The notes: generated by a model not told the origin, from the sequence alone. 55,825 nucleotides of DNA from Candidatus Yanofskybacteria bacterium (GCA_016185505.1 JACPNL010000010.1:1-55825), one strand, 5' to 3'. Positions 37,120 to 47,701 are shown, numbered from the stretch's first letter. Program-made: numbers and translations.

Positions 37120-37230
37120 ATAATTAAGTGTAGGATTATTTATACTTTTTTCAAGTAGACCAACCTTGCGCTATTTATGCTTATGCAACATTAAACCTCG
37201 CGTACATGCGAGGTTTAATGTTGTTTATCT

Positions 37231-37854
37231 TTATGGGGTTGGAGTTGGGGTGGGACTCTCACTAGTGGTAGGTGTAGGAGTCACACACTTAGATTCAGCT
37301 TTTAGTAACCTGGGTTTCCCTAAATGTTTTAAGGCATTGAATATCCCTTTTTCAGCCGCAGCTTTTGCTTCCGGACTCATATTGTCATAAGCGGCCTGTA
37401 TGGCATTTCTTGCTTCAACGGCTCCAACCGTAGCCTGACAAGCATCCTGGTCCGGTAAAGTTGATACCCAAGCCAGCAGATTAGACAAAGCAGAATCTAT
37501 AAGGTCTAAATGATTCTGTTTTTCTTCTTCAGTTAACGTACCCGGCGCGCGCTGTGCTTCCTCATAAGACTTCACCGCCTTAAATAAGGCTCCGTAATAT
37601 CTCATTTCTTGAGAATTCCTGAAATCCCTAAGCACGTCCTTTAAGCGGCGGCCCAAATGAAATCCCCGACCCTGAAGATCCGCGGGGCGATGGAATACGG
37701 CATCATAAAGAGAGTCTAATGTGTCACTGTCAACGGTTGCATCATTATCAGCGAATACGGTGGTTGGCCCTCTCGACACTAAAAAACCAACTAGCATACC
37801 GAACGAAAGAACACTCACGACTCCGACAGCCACTATTTTTTTTGATATATTCAC
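37231..37854 (-). CDS. exported hypothetical protein with PT-rich tail
   Basis: Signal/TM N-terminus and TPTPT C-terminus. Confidence 0.7.
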   Translation of the reverse strand: MNISKKIVAVGVVSVLSFGMLVGFLVSRGPTTVFADNDATVDSDTLDSLYDAVFHRPADLQGRGFHLGRRLKDVLRDFRNSQEMRYYGALFKAVKSYEEAQRAPGTLTEEEKQNHLDLIDSALSNLLAWVSTLPDQDACQATVGAVEARNAIQAAYDNMSPEAKAAAEKGIFNALKHLGKPRLLKAESKCVTPTPTTSESPTPTPTP

Positions 37855-38095
37855 AAGTTTTTTGTCAGCAATAAATTTTGCTTATTTTGCTAATAATATT
37901 AGCCAAATACGTAAAATTTTGCTTTTATTTAAAACTTTCTTGTAATTAACTGAACTGTACACAAATTATACTTTTTAATCAATCTCCTCAACCCACAGAC
38001 AAATATGGCCTGATTTCCGGAACAAGACAAAGGCCGCGTGATACGCGGCCTTTGTCTTGTTCTTTCCCTCTTAATCAATTTAGGGATTGGTCTGA

Positions 38096-39400
38096 TTAGG
38101 GATTGGTCTGATTTCCGGTAATACTCTCTTCTGCGTCAACTAATCCATAACCATAGAAGTTGTCAAATCCGTCTCCATTAACGTCGTCGGCTGTAGCGAT
38201 AAGGTTTGCTCTTACTTCTACTGGATCCCAGACTCCGTCGCTATCTGTATCATAGGCAACAGGAATGGCTGTTCCAAGAATTAAGACAACCGTCCCAGCA
38301 ACATGCGGTGAAGCCATAGAAGTCCCGCTGATGGTATAGTATGAGCCATCATTCCATGTTGAGCGAATACTCACTCCGGGAGCAGCTAACTCAACTTCTG
38401 CGCCTTCTGAACTCCAATAAGGAGTAGAGTCGTCAGAAGCAGTCGCGGCTACGGCAATGACCGAAGAATATTTTGCAGGATAACTTATTTCATTGGTTGT
38501 ACCGTCACCGTCACCGGAATTTCCAGCCGCGGCTACCAGCACTACACCGGCGGCATATGCCGCATCCACGGCATCATGAAGCGCTTGAATATCGCTTGTG
38601 GTGCCTAAACTCATGTTTACGACGTCTATATCGTTGTTCATGGCCCAAGTGATACCTTCAATAACATCACTCGTATAACCCGAGCCGTTTCGATCAAGAA
38701 CCTTTACCGCATAAAGGTAAGCTTCCGGCGCAACGCCTACAACTCCAAATGTATTATCTGAAGCCGCTATAATACCGGCAACATGAGTACCGTGGCCATT
38801 ATCGTCGTTCCAGTTATTGGGATCAGCAGGTTTGCGGGGGCCCTTTGAAACAAAATTTACTCCGCCTTTTAAGTTGCCGACTAAATCAGCGTGGTCTTGA
38901 TCTATACCAGTATCAACTACCGCAACTTTGACAGCAGCGCCTCGGCTTGTTCCCCAAGCTAATTCAGCGTCAATCCTATCAACACCCCATTCAAGTGATT
39001 GGGGATCTGGCGTCGGTTCCGGGGTTGGATCTGAACCTCCACCCGGTCCGCCGTTGTGGCCTTCTCGATGATGCAAAGCAAGTACTCTTGCGTCCGGCTC
39101 GACTCTTTTAACGCCGGCCAATGTCCCTACGCCAGGCACCATAGCTTCGTCTGGAAGAAGAACTACTGCGCCGTCTACTAATGGTAATTCTTTTAGTATT
39201 TTTCCGCCCTTGTTTTCAAGAGCTTCTCGCGCGCTCTCATTTACCGGGTCCTCAAAGGTTACAATGACCCGATAAGGATTTCCGGCGTGAGCCGAGTTTG
39301 ACTCGGCCGCCTGCGAGACTAAACCGCTTACTCCGACTGAACCTAAAACCAAAGCAATGACGGTTAAGCTTGCAGACAAAAATTTAAATTTATTTTTCAT
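38096..39400 (-). CDS. subtilisin-like S8 serine peptidase
   Basis: VVDTG, HGTHVAG, GTSMASPH catalytic triad, signal peptide and propeptide. Confidence 0.97.
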   Translation of the reverse strand: MKNKFKFLSASLTVIALVLGSVGVSGLVSQAAESNSAHAGNPYRVIVTFEDPVNESAREALENKGGKILKELPLVDGAVVLLPDEAMVPGVGTLAGVKRVEPDARVLALHHREGHNGGPGGGSDPTPEPTPDPQSLEWGVDRIDAELAWGTSRGAAVKVAVVDTGIDQDHADLVGNLKGGVNFVSKGPRKPADPNNWNDDNGHGTHVAGIIAASDNTFGVVGVAPEAYLYAVKVLDRNGSGYTSDVIEGITWAMNNDIDVVNMSLGTTSDIQALHDAVDAAYAAGVVLVAAAGNSGDGDGTTNEISYPAKYSSVIAVAATASDDSTPYWSSEGAEVELAAPGVSIRSTWNDGSYYTISGTSMASPHVAGTVVLILGTAIPVAYDTDSDGVWDPVEVRANLIATADDVNGDGFDNFYGYGLVDAEESITGNQTNP

Positions 39401-39661
39401 ATATATTTAATTTAATTTTTTATTACTAATTTTGAAATCGACCTGCCACCACTAAGATTTGAGTCTTAGCGAGACTAATTCAGCAATTTTATCAATATCT
39501 GAATCCTGGTCAAGCGTGGCCTAGTTTATACTCTATATGTTAACACAAAATATGATTTAAGTCAAGGAACCACTGGGCTTGGCTTTGTCTGAATTTCTGA
39601 TTTGATCACATACAGACTTACCGAAGCAAGTCTATATGACTGCGAGCCGTAGCGCGCTACG

Positions 39662-40141
39662 CTATAATATTTTGCGCCAAATTTGGCCGGGTTCGCCGTC
39701 AGGAGCTATCACCTCTCCGACTCTTTCAAAATCTAATTTATCATGAAAACCCCATGATTCCTTGTGCGAGTTGGGGCTATAAAATACGGCTTCAGTAAAT
39801 CCAAGCTTTTTCGCTTCTTCAATCCTTTTTAATCTTAGAGCCTTGCCAATCTCTCTGCCTTTATACTTTGCCGCAAGAATATAAAATTCTACGGGATTGT
39901 TTGTTTTTGCGTATAGTTTTATGTGGCTTGGCGCACTCCTGAAACCCGCAATTCCCACAACTTCACCCTTTTCTTCTGCCACAAAGAATCTGTATTTTTC
40001 ATTAATATATTCGTCGGTCTTATCAATACACATCTTTAGTTTAAGCGAAAGTTTTTTTAGAAATTCTGGGTCAGTCCAATATAGAGCAAAAATTTCTTCT
40101 ACCGCTTCCAAGTCATCTTTTTTAAAATCTCGTATAATCAT
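39662..40141 (-). CDS. GNAT family acetyltransferase
   Basis: FVAEEKGEVVG, YKGREIGKAL, FHDKLDF. Confidence 0.85.
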   Translation of the reverse strand: MIIRDFKKDDLEAVEEIFALYWTDPEFLKKLSLKLKMCIDKTDEYINEKYRFFVAEEKGEVVGIAGFRSAPSHIKLYAKTNNPVEFYILAAKYKGREIGKALRLKRIEEAKKLGFTEAVFYSPNSHKESWGFHDKLDFERVGEVIAPDGEPGQIWRKIL

Positions 40142-40191
40142 GCGTTTAATAAATTATTGGCTGCCGGGTCAAGAGTGTATTCCGGCTTGAG

Positions 40192-40262
40192 CTGGGGGGA
40201 TAGGATTCGGACCTATATAGACGGTACCAAAAACCGTAGTCCTACCATTAGACGACCCCCCA
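40192..40262 (-). tRNA. tRNA-Gln(TTG)
   Basis: TGGGGGG...ACGGT-TTTTGGT-ACCGT...ATAGG-TCCGAAT-CCTAT-CCCCCCA-G. Confidence 0.92.
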
Positions 40263-40474
40263 GCTCAAGCAAGAATTATTTTTTTAAACCCATTTCCCCT
40301 CATTTGTCCCACCTCGACACAGTCCCGCAATATTCGCTAATTTTACAATAAAAAACGGCGTTTTACAATCGGGTAGTGAAATTTCCTGAATTTAAAAATG
40401 CGGCTTAATTAGCCGCAACAGGAAATTCTACTACCCGACAATGCCGTTATGCTTCTTGATATAAATAAGGTCCT

Positions 40475-41701
40475 TTATTTCTTTATCGTGAAAAGAAGCG
40501 CTAATATGGCAACGACTGAAAGACCAAATCCGTAGGTAAAAGGATATGCAGGATTCATGTTCCACAGAAGTCCGGCCATAAGACCGGCAGGAATCAGTGC
40601 CAGGCCTGTAGATGTTTCAAACGCGCCGAGCGATGTAGCTCTGTCTTGGACCGGCGACAGGTCGGAGACAAAAGCCCTTTGGCTCGCGTCTATGAATGCT
40701 TTGAACGCGCCATAAAGCGCGAATAAACCCAGAAGCGCAAATAAACTGTCTGCAAAAACAAAGCCAAGGGACGTAACCGAGAACAAAGAATAACCGATAA
40801 GCACAACCGGCTTTCGGCCTATTTTATCGGACAATCGCCCGGCCGGAACTGATAGAGACGCGTCAAAAATATTGTAAAAAATGTAAAGCAGTATCGGCAA
40901 ACCAATGGCTAGTTTTTCCGGTTCGAATGAAGTTACAAAAAATCTTAAGAATTGATACGAAGCCAAATTACCTAAGTCCTTGAACCCTTCGCTGGCTTTA
41001 AGGATAAAGAACATAAAATTAAAATTCGCCAGATGAAATAAAGTGGCAACAACCATAAATTTCTTTAATGGCGGGGATAAATTTTTAAAACTCAGTTTTT
41101 TGTGATTTACTCCCTTTTCTTTCAGTGATTTGGGCTCTCGAACAAATACTAAAGGAAGAAGCGCGGTAACGGCTATAATGGCGGCGATTAAAAATATAAC
41201 TCGGAAGGAAATATCAAAATCAACAAAAAGAATATATACGACGATAGACCCGATGATAGCCCCCGCGCCATCCATTGCTCTTTGAACACCAAATCCAAGG
41301 CCGCGTCTTTTATCGACTATACCGGTCTGATCGGTATAGTCGGCCGACTCGGAGACAATCGCATCTCGCGGGGCATCGCGAAGTCCCTTGCCAATTCTTT
41401 CAACCGGACGCAAGACCAAAATATGCGACCAGGTTCTCGCCAATGGAAAGAAAAACTTAGCTAAAGCCGAAAAACCATAACCCCAAAAAACAAACTTCTT
41501 ATATTTCTTACTCTGATCAGCCCAATGGCCGGAAAGGACTTTGAAAATTGAGGCAAGGGCATCACCGCCTCCGCCTACCAAACCAACGGCAATCCCCGCT
41601 CCGCCAAGAGCGGTAATGAAGAAAGGCAGTAGCGGCTGTATCATCTCGCTTGAAAAATCAGCCAATAAAGAAGTAAGACCGAGAAGAATAATGTTCTTCA
41701 T
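40475..41701 (-). CDS. MFS transporter
   Basis: About 12 TM segments, ERIGKGLRDAPRDA, GRLSDKIGRK. Confidence 0.95.
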   Translation of the reverse strand: MKNIILLGLTSLLADFSSEMIQPLLPFFITALGGAGIAVGLVGGGGDALASIFKVLSGHWADQSKKYKKFVFWGYGFSALAKFFFPLARTWSHILVLRPVERIGKGLRDAPRDAIVSESADYTDQTGIVDKRRGLGFGVQRAMDGAGAIIGSIVVYILFVDFDISFRVIFLIAAIIAVTALLPLVFVREPKSLKEKGVNHKKLSFKNLSPPLKKFMVVATLFHLANFNFMFFILKASEGFKDLGNLASYQFLRFFVTSFEPEKLAIGLPILLYIFYNIFDASLSVPAGRLSDKIGRKPVVLIGYSLFSVTSLGFVFADSLFALLGLFALYGAFKAFIDASQRAFVSDLSPVQDRATSLGAFETSTGLALIPAGLMAGLLWNMNPAYPFTYGFGLSVVAILALLFTIKK

Positions 41702-41753
41702 AAATTTAGCTGGTAAGCAAATAAGCCAACTAGCTTATTAGCTTATACGCTTA

Positions 41754-42893
41754 CTAGCTCGTTAATTCGATGACTGCCAACTCTAACGGCAACTGCGGGA
41801 CGGGAGAGTGTTTTATCTCATTTCGAGCATTGGAAAAACTAACTATCATTTTAATCAACCGTTGGCTATCTACGCTTTGCCCCAGCGTTGAGATATTTTT
41901 TGTTTCCTCGTCGTTCATACCGCTTACGGAAGCAAGCACGGCCGGATTTATTTTTGCCATCAGAACGTTTCTTAGATACTCCACCAAATTGCCGGTGAAA
42001 TTTTCCATATCAGCCCCGGACATATGAATTTTTTGGATAACTTCCATAGAGCCAACCCTGTCATTATTTAAAAGACGGCCAAGAAATTCTGGGTAATATT
42101 TATACGAAACCAAACTCAATATTTCGTTCACGTCTTCAGCGGAAACCTCTTTGTTCGGATCAACGGAAGCATGGATTTTAGTCAGAGCCACTTCCGCGTC
42201 ACGCAACGCTCCGTCGGCAGACATGGCTATGGTTTTTATCGCTTCGTCATTTATCTTAATCCCCTCTTTACCGGCCATCATTTTTAATTTTTCAGAAATT
42301 TGGCCATGATTTAACCGTTTGAAATCAAATCTTTGCACACGGGATAATACCGTCGGCAATATCTTGTGCGGTTCGGTCGTAGCAAGAATAAAAATAACAT
42401 GCGCCGGCGGTTCTTCAAGCGTTTTTAATAAAGCGTTAAAAGCAGATTTTGAAAGCATGTGAACCTCGTCAATGAGAAATATTTTGTATCCCCCGCCCGG
42501 CGCGGCAACCATCGCCGAATCGTTCAGCTCCCGGATATCATCAACCCCCGTCCGCGAAGCGGCGTCTATCTCAATGAGGTCAAGTGAATTCCCCTGACTC
42601 GCGGCAAGACAAAAATGGCAGTTATCACACGGCTCCGTTAACACAGCTTCCGGCCTTCGGCTATCTGCTTTCAGCTGATTGCCGATTACTGGTTGCTGGT
42701 TGCGACGATAGTCACAGTTAAGCGCTTTAGCAAAAATACGGGCCAAAGACGTTTTGCCGGTCCCTCGAGAACCGGTGAATAAATAAGCGTGGCCCACCCG
42801 GCCGCTCTCTAATGCTCCTTGCAGGGTCTTTACTACATGCTCTTGACCCACTATTTCCGAGAATTTTTGCGGACGATACTTACGATATAACAT
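41754..42893 (-). CDS. dnaX: DNA polymerase III subunit gamma/tau (short)
   Basis: YRKYRP, GSRGTGKT, EIDAAS, IDEVHMLS, LKTLEEPP. Confidence 0.97.
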   Translation of the reverse strand: MLYRKYRPQKFSEIVGQEHVVKTLQGALESGRVGHAYLFTGSRGTGKTSLARIFAKALNCDYRRNQQPVIGNQLKADSRRPEAVLTEPCDNCHFCLAASQGNSLDLIEIDAASRTGVDDIRELNDSAMVAAPGGGYKIFLIDEVHMLSKSAFNALLKTLEEPPAHVIFILATTEPHKILPTVLSRVQRFDFKRLNHGQISEKLKMMAGKEGIKINDEAIKTIAMSADGALRDAEVALTKIHASVDPNKEVSAEDVNEILSLVSYKYYPEFLGRLLNNDRVGSMEVIQKIHMSGADMENFTGNLVEYLRNVLMAKINPAVLASVSGMNDEETKNISTLGQSVDSQRLIKMIVSFSNARNEIKHSPVPQLPLELAVIELTS

Positions 42894-42898
42894 AAAAA

Positions 42899-43043
42899 AT
42901 TAACCTAATTATTCTAATTGCTCTAATTGACCTAAATAAACCCTAATGACCGAATAACTAATGACCAAAGGTTTGAGGATTAGACATTAGAAATTGTGAT
43001 TTATTTAGAATAATTAGAATAATTAGGTTAATTAGAATAATTT
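42899..43043. repeat. 9-nt-period foldback element
   Basis: Same arms as 23373-23581 and 46271-46413. Confidence 0.85.
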
Positions 43044-43695
43044 ATTTTCGGAATACTGTCATCTTGACTCCTATAAAACTTACCACTAACGCCGCTGCCG
43101 AACCGGCGATTCCGCCGGCATTGGCCCACTGATCACTGCTCAAGTCGAACATTGGATCTAAAAAATTTACTAAACCAGAAGCTATTCCAATATTCACAAG
43201 TCCGGCGATAATGTAAGCAGTAAAAAATTTTCCCAACTCTGCGGCGTTAATTTTGTTTTCCTCGCCAGAGGCGTTAACGCCCACCAGAGGCGGGTCAACC
43301 TCTGGTTGAGAAAATACCCAGAATTTGTTCCAAAAATAACTGTGAAATGTTGCTATAATAAACGCCGACGCGACGAAAATTGAATACCATAATCCCTTAT
43401 TTATATCCGACCAAGATATTAAAACATTCAAAATCCCAAAATATACCGCCGCGTTGGTAAAACCAACAGCAGAAAATTTGCCGAACTGACCGAAGAATGC
43501 CAGCCACCGCCCCAAAAAATATCCAAGATTTACCCCCAGTATCCAAAGAATGGGAACAAAAATAATCAACCAAGCATAAGATACACTGACAAATTCCGGC
43601 AATTCAAGAAAAACAAATATCCGCCACGCGATCAAACCGGTTATGAGTCCGGTTATTACTGAAAAATAAAAATCTTTGCGAGAAAATTGATGCAC
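43042..43695 (-). CDS. GtrA family membrane protein
   Basis: QFGKFSAVG, SYFWNKFWVF, multiple TMs. Confidence 0.88.
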   Translation of the reverse strand: MHQFSRKDFYFSVITGLITGLIAWRIFVFLELPEFVSVSYAWLIIFVPILWILGVNLGYFLGRWLAFFGQFGKFSAVGFTNAAVYFGILNVLISWSDINKGLWYSIFVASAFIIATFHSYFWNKFWVFSQPEVDPPLVGVNASGEENKINAAELGKFFTAYIIAGLVNIGIASGLVNFLDPMFDLSSDQWANAGGIAGSAAALVVSFIGVKMTVFRK

Positions 43696-43782
43696 ATTGT
43701 TACATTGTTACGTTGCTACATTGCTAAAAACAATTTAACAATATAACAATTTAACAATACGATAGATTCTCTTAGTTTCTAT

Positions 43783-43821
43783 AATTAACGACTTCGCAAG
43801 TCCGACGGACTTGCGAAGTCC
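43783..43821. repeat. 39-bp double hairpin element
   Basis: Inverted copy of 29227-29265. Confidence 0.9.
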
Positions 43822-43830
43822 TCTACTGCG

Positions 43831-46266
43831 CTACCCACTACTACCTACTGCGCTGAATTTAGATTTTATCTCCTCCTCTACCTCTTCCCTTGGCCGGCCG
43901 TATTTTAATTTTGACATTTTGTTTATTTCCAGAGCCAATTCTCTGTCACCGGCGCCAAATACCTTTTCGGTATCAACTTTAATATTGAAAGGGCGGGTCG
44001 TCTGGCCACCAACCAATAAACTAGCATAAGCGTTTAAGTTGTCTATGTTGACGAGATCTTGCGGAGTGAAAACCGGTTCAAATTTATTCTTCATAAACTC
44101 GGCGTCATCCGGACCAATCCTGAAAGAAATAATGGAGCCGACATTGCCGAAAACAGCGTCTCTAATCCCTTCCTTAAGTTGTTTTATAAATTGATGGGCA
44201 ATAACCAGATCGAGGCGATACTTTCGCGCTTCCGATAATATCGTTGAAATACTGTCAGTAGTGAAATTCTGAAACTCGTCAATGTAAAGATAAAAATCCT
44301 GGCGCGTTTCATCCGGAATATCCACGCGCGATAAAGCCGCCATCAAGAGCTTGCCGACAATGATCATACCGAGGAGATCTGCGTTCAGAGCGCCTATTTT
44401 GCCCTTGGACAGATTAACCACCAGAATTTTCCTGTTATCCATCGATTCCCGAAAATTTAACGCGCTCTTTTTCTGATTTATAATCGGACGCAAAAATTCG
44501 TTGTAAACAAACGAGGTTATTTTTGAAGAAATATAAGGGGCCATGTTTGCCAAACTTTGCTCGCCTTGCGCTTTCTGCGCTTCAAGTTCCCAGAATTCTC
44601 TAACCAAAGGATTTGTCTCGCGAGAAAGTTTGTCTTTTCTGTAAGCGTCGTCAACCAAAACTCGTGAAATATCAGCCAATACAGGAATTTCATAACGATA
44701 ATCGTCAAGCAAAAGCAAAGCGGAATTCTTGAAATATTTTTCAAACATCGGTCCGCCGGTTGTTCTTAAGTCATACAATTTATTAAATATCTCAAAGAGT
44801 TCGTCTATAACCATTGTTTTTTGCTCGGGATGATCAGGGTTTATCTCAAGCATATTCAAACCCATCGGCCGGGAAATATCACCGGGATCAAAATAAACAA
44901 CATCATTAGTTCTGTCTTTGGGAATAATAGATAAAACAAATTCAGCAAATTCTCCGTGCGGATCAATCACGCAAACCCCTTTGCCGTTCTCTATGTCCTG
45001 CCGAATCATTGACTCCATAAAAACCGACTTGCCCGTGCCGGTCTGACCGATAATATACAAATGCCTTCGCCTGTCGGCATCACTCATTTTGACTAATGTT
45101 TCAACGCCTCGAAAAATATTTTTGCCTAAAACAATCCCCTCCTGTGGCAGATTCGGCGGTGGTTCGGCCGGCTTAGAACGCAAGAATTTTATCCTCGGCG
45201 CAAGAGTGGACGCCAACGGAAAGTGATATAAACTGGTTATTTCTTCCGAGGACAGAAACGTAGACTGCGAATTGTCAAAAAGCCGGAAAGAAAAATTAAA
45301 TAATAACTTTTTTAGCGTTCTGGACGACATATTGATTATTTTTAGACTGTTCATCTCGCCGGCCGCGAACTGCGCTAGTGAACCGTCTATGTCCCCAAGC
45401 AGTTGTTTAGCCCTCATCTCGCTACCAGCCGAAACAACCACCCTTATATTTGTATCAAAAAGCGGCTTCGTCGCCTTGGACTGAATGTTTTTGATTATCT
45501 CCTCGTCAAATGGCGTAACAACACGAAGTTGTTGGTTGTCAGTTGTTGGTTGTTGGTCTTTCTTCGGCTTATGCTTAGCTCGAGACAACGCCTCTGAAAA
45601 CTTATACCCCGATTGCATTTCACGAGCTGTTTTTTGAGCAAGTTTCCGCATATCATCCCGATGCGACGGCCGCATCAATATCTGAACAGCCGCACCTTCG
45701 CCTTCTTTTTCAAGTTTGGACAAAGAAGTGGCTATCTCGCTTAATGGATCGGCCTGCAAATTCTGATATGTCTTGAAGGGTAATAGTGGAATTTTGGACA
45801 GTTTCACATACGCGCCCAGCGCGACGCCGTCAGGATTGAATATATTATAGTCCTTAACTTTCTCCACCTCCGCGGTAGGGAAAAATCCATGAACTTGTTT
45901 TTCAAATACCTGCTCATACGTCTTGGGAACAGCTATGTAGAAAAATATCTCCTCGCCAACATGATGAACCGCCATTTCAAGGGAAATATACGGCTCGCCA
46001 TAAATAAATTTATTCCAACCCCTTGAGTGGATATTGGAAAAAGACGAATACAATTGCTCCATTACGGAAATAAGGTCTTTTTCGGTTTTCTGTTGCGCTT
46101 GCCCTGATCCTGTCGAAGGATCGCGCGGAAGAGTTATCAAAAAAAGTGACATATTGAGCGCCCTTGCTATGTGACCCTTGGTCCTCAAGGAACCAAACAA
46201 CACCAAAGCGGCGACAAAGATAATGGCGATGACAACTAAGTAAGTAATTATCAAAAACAGAGACAA
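43831..46266 (-). CDS. TraD/VirD4-like (HerA-FtsK superfamily) ATPase
   Basis: N-terminal TM, RHLYIIGQTGTGKS, IDPHGE, LYIDEFQNF, SEARKY, AHQ. Confidence 0.9.
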   Translation of the reverse strand: MSLFLIITYLVVIAIIFVAALVLFGSLRTKGHIARALNMSLFLITLPRDPSTGSGQAQQKTEKDLISVMEQLYSSFSNIHSRGWNKFIYGEPYISLEMAVHHVGEEIFFYIAVPKTYEQVFEKQVHGFFPTAEVEKVKDYNIFNPDGVALGAYVKLSKIPLLPFKTYQNLQADPLSEIATSLSKLEKEGEGAAVQILMRPSHRDDMRKLAQKTAREMQSGYKFSEALSRAKHKPKKDQQPTTDNQQLRVVTPFDEEIIKNIQSKATKPLFDTNIRVVVSAGSEMRAKQLLGDIDGSLAQFAAGEMNSLKIINMSSRTLKKLLFNFSFRLFDNSQSTFLSSEEITSLYHFPLASTLAPRIKFLRSKPAEPPPNLPQEGIVLGKNIFRGVETLVKMSDADRRRHLYIIGQTGTGKSVFMESMIRQDIENGKGVCVIDPHGEFAEFVLSIIPKDRTNDVVYFDPGDISRPMGLNMLEINPDHPEQKTMVIDELFEIFNKLYDLRTTGGPMFEKYFKNSALLLLDDYRYEIPVLADISRVLVDDAYRKDKLSRETNPLVREFWELEAQKAQGEQSLANMAPYISSKITSFVYNEFLRPIINQKKSALNFRESMDNRKILVVNLSKGKIGALNADLLGMIIVGKLLMAALSRVDIPDETRQDFYLYIDEFQNFTTDSISTILSEARKYRLDLVIAHQFIKQLKEGIRDAVFGNVGSIISFRIGPDDAEFMKNKFEPVFTPQDLVNIDNLNAYASLLVGGQTTRPFNIKVDTEKVFGAGDRELALEINKMSKLKYGRPREEVEEEIKSKFSAVGSSG

Positions 46267-46270
46267 GGTA

Positions 46271-46413
46271 AAATTAAATTATTCTAATTTCTAATTAACC
46301 TAATTGACCTAAATAAATCCCAATGACCTAATGCCTAAAAACTTATTTCGCTATTTGGGTATTAGACATTAGTCATTATTTAGAATAATTAGAGCAATTA
46401 GAATAATTAGGTC
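46271..46413. repeat. 9-nt-period foldback element
   Basis: Same arms as 23373-23581, without the nested palindrome. Confidence 0.85.
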
Positions 46414-46853
46414 AATTTTTCCAGTTTCTTTCTTTCCACTAACATATTATAAAGTTCATCCACCAAAACATCATGGAACGCGTCTATGAGAGCGGGATTA
46501 TTAGACCTTACGGCTTCTTTGACGCCGTCGTCCAGTCCTTTATTGAAAACCATATTAATAAGCGCCTGAACTTTTTCTTTCAACTCCGGCAAAACATAAC
46601 TTAACGCGCTGTCGTCAAGTCCAACTTGGCCGTCGTCCTGTTGCGGCCGAGTCGAACTGGGCTGGGGCTTGGTTGGCGACGGTTGATACTGTGGGATTTG
46701 CTGTTGAATTTTTTCTCCGATAATTTCACGCAGGGTTTCTTTTTCGTGTGGCGATTCCGGCGCCACCTCGCCATGTCCCAAAGCCGCGCGCTTTTCGGCG
46801 ATCTGTTGTTCCAGTTGCGCTATCTCTTGTTCAATAGTCGGCTGATTTTCCAT
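46407..46853 (-). CDS. hypothetical protein upstream of the TraD-like ATPase
   Basis: 148 aa, NPALIDAFHD C-terminal motif. Confidence 0.75.
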   Translation of the reverse strand: MENQPTIEQEIAQLEQQIAEKRAALGHGEVAPESPHEKETLREIIGEKIQQQIPQYQPSPTKPQPSSTRPQQDDGQVGLDDSALSYVLPELKEKVQALINMVFNKGLDDGVKEAVRSNNPALIDAFHDVLVDELYNMLVERKKLEKLT

Positions 46854-47061
46854 ACTAACATTTTAACATAAATAAATTTACATTAATCAACAATGCGCAT
46901 AACTATAATTCTACGAAATTATCATATGATAATTTCGTAGAATTATTCCGAGATTAATACAAAACAAATTATCAAGTTTGAAATCAAAAACCGCCTCCGA
47001 TGGGCGGCCCAGTCAAGCTGGGCTCGCCCTCGGGGCGGTCGCCCTTCGACGATGCTCAGGG

Positions 47062-47510
47062 CTAGCTGCGCTCGGGGCCGCAGGGCGGAATGTTGACCGC
47101 CCTTTCGATCGGCCGACGCGGGTTGATCTCCAGATACTCCGCAAACCAATCCGTCCCGAACCCATGACCCTCTACACTTTCACTGAAAACGAGTTCACGG
47201 TCTAACCTGATACTTCCTTTCGGAAGTGTCGGGTCGTTGGTAACGACCCGCAGTGTCCGCCGACCGAAGTTATCGTGACGGGCGACGAACTGCGCCCGCC
47301 GCGACCGATCGGCTCCACCGAAATGGACATCGTAGACCGTCGAACCGTCCGACATCCGACAGGTGTGAAAATCGTGATACGCCACGACCTCGCCAATGGT
47401 GATGTCGGTCACACTAACCGTCGTCGAGAGACTACTGGATACGGAAAACGCGACCACGACGGCAACGACGGCGACAACGGCAACAACGGCGACGTAGTCG
47501 ATTGCTCTCA
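47062..47510 (-). CDS. GC-rich exported hypothetical protein
   Basis: AGGAGG RBS before MRAIDY, (VVA)n signal segment, own TTGACA..TATAAT promoter near 47572-47602. Confidence 0.65.
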
Positions 47511-47701
47511 TTTTTTTCCTCCTGATGCTCTGGATTGGCTGCCAGAGTGCTGCTCTCAACTGGATACTTTAATTATAACATATCCGGCACAGATTTGTCA
47601 ATAGTTCGACGGATTCGACGAACTCACCGCAGGCAAGCTCACCATAATATCTTAAAAATCGGCCTAAAAGGCCGATTTTCGTATCATTTACCAAGTATAA
47701 A

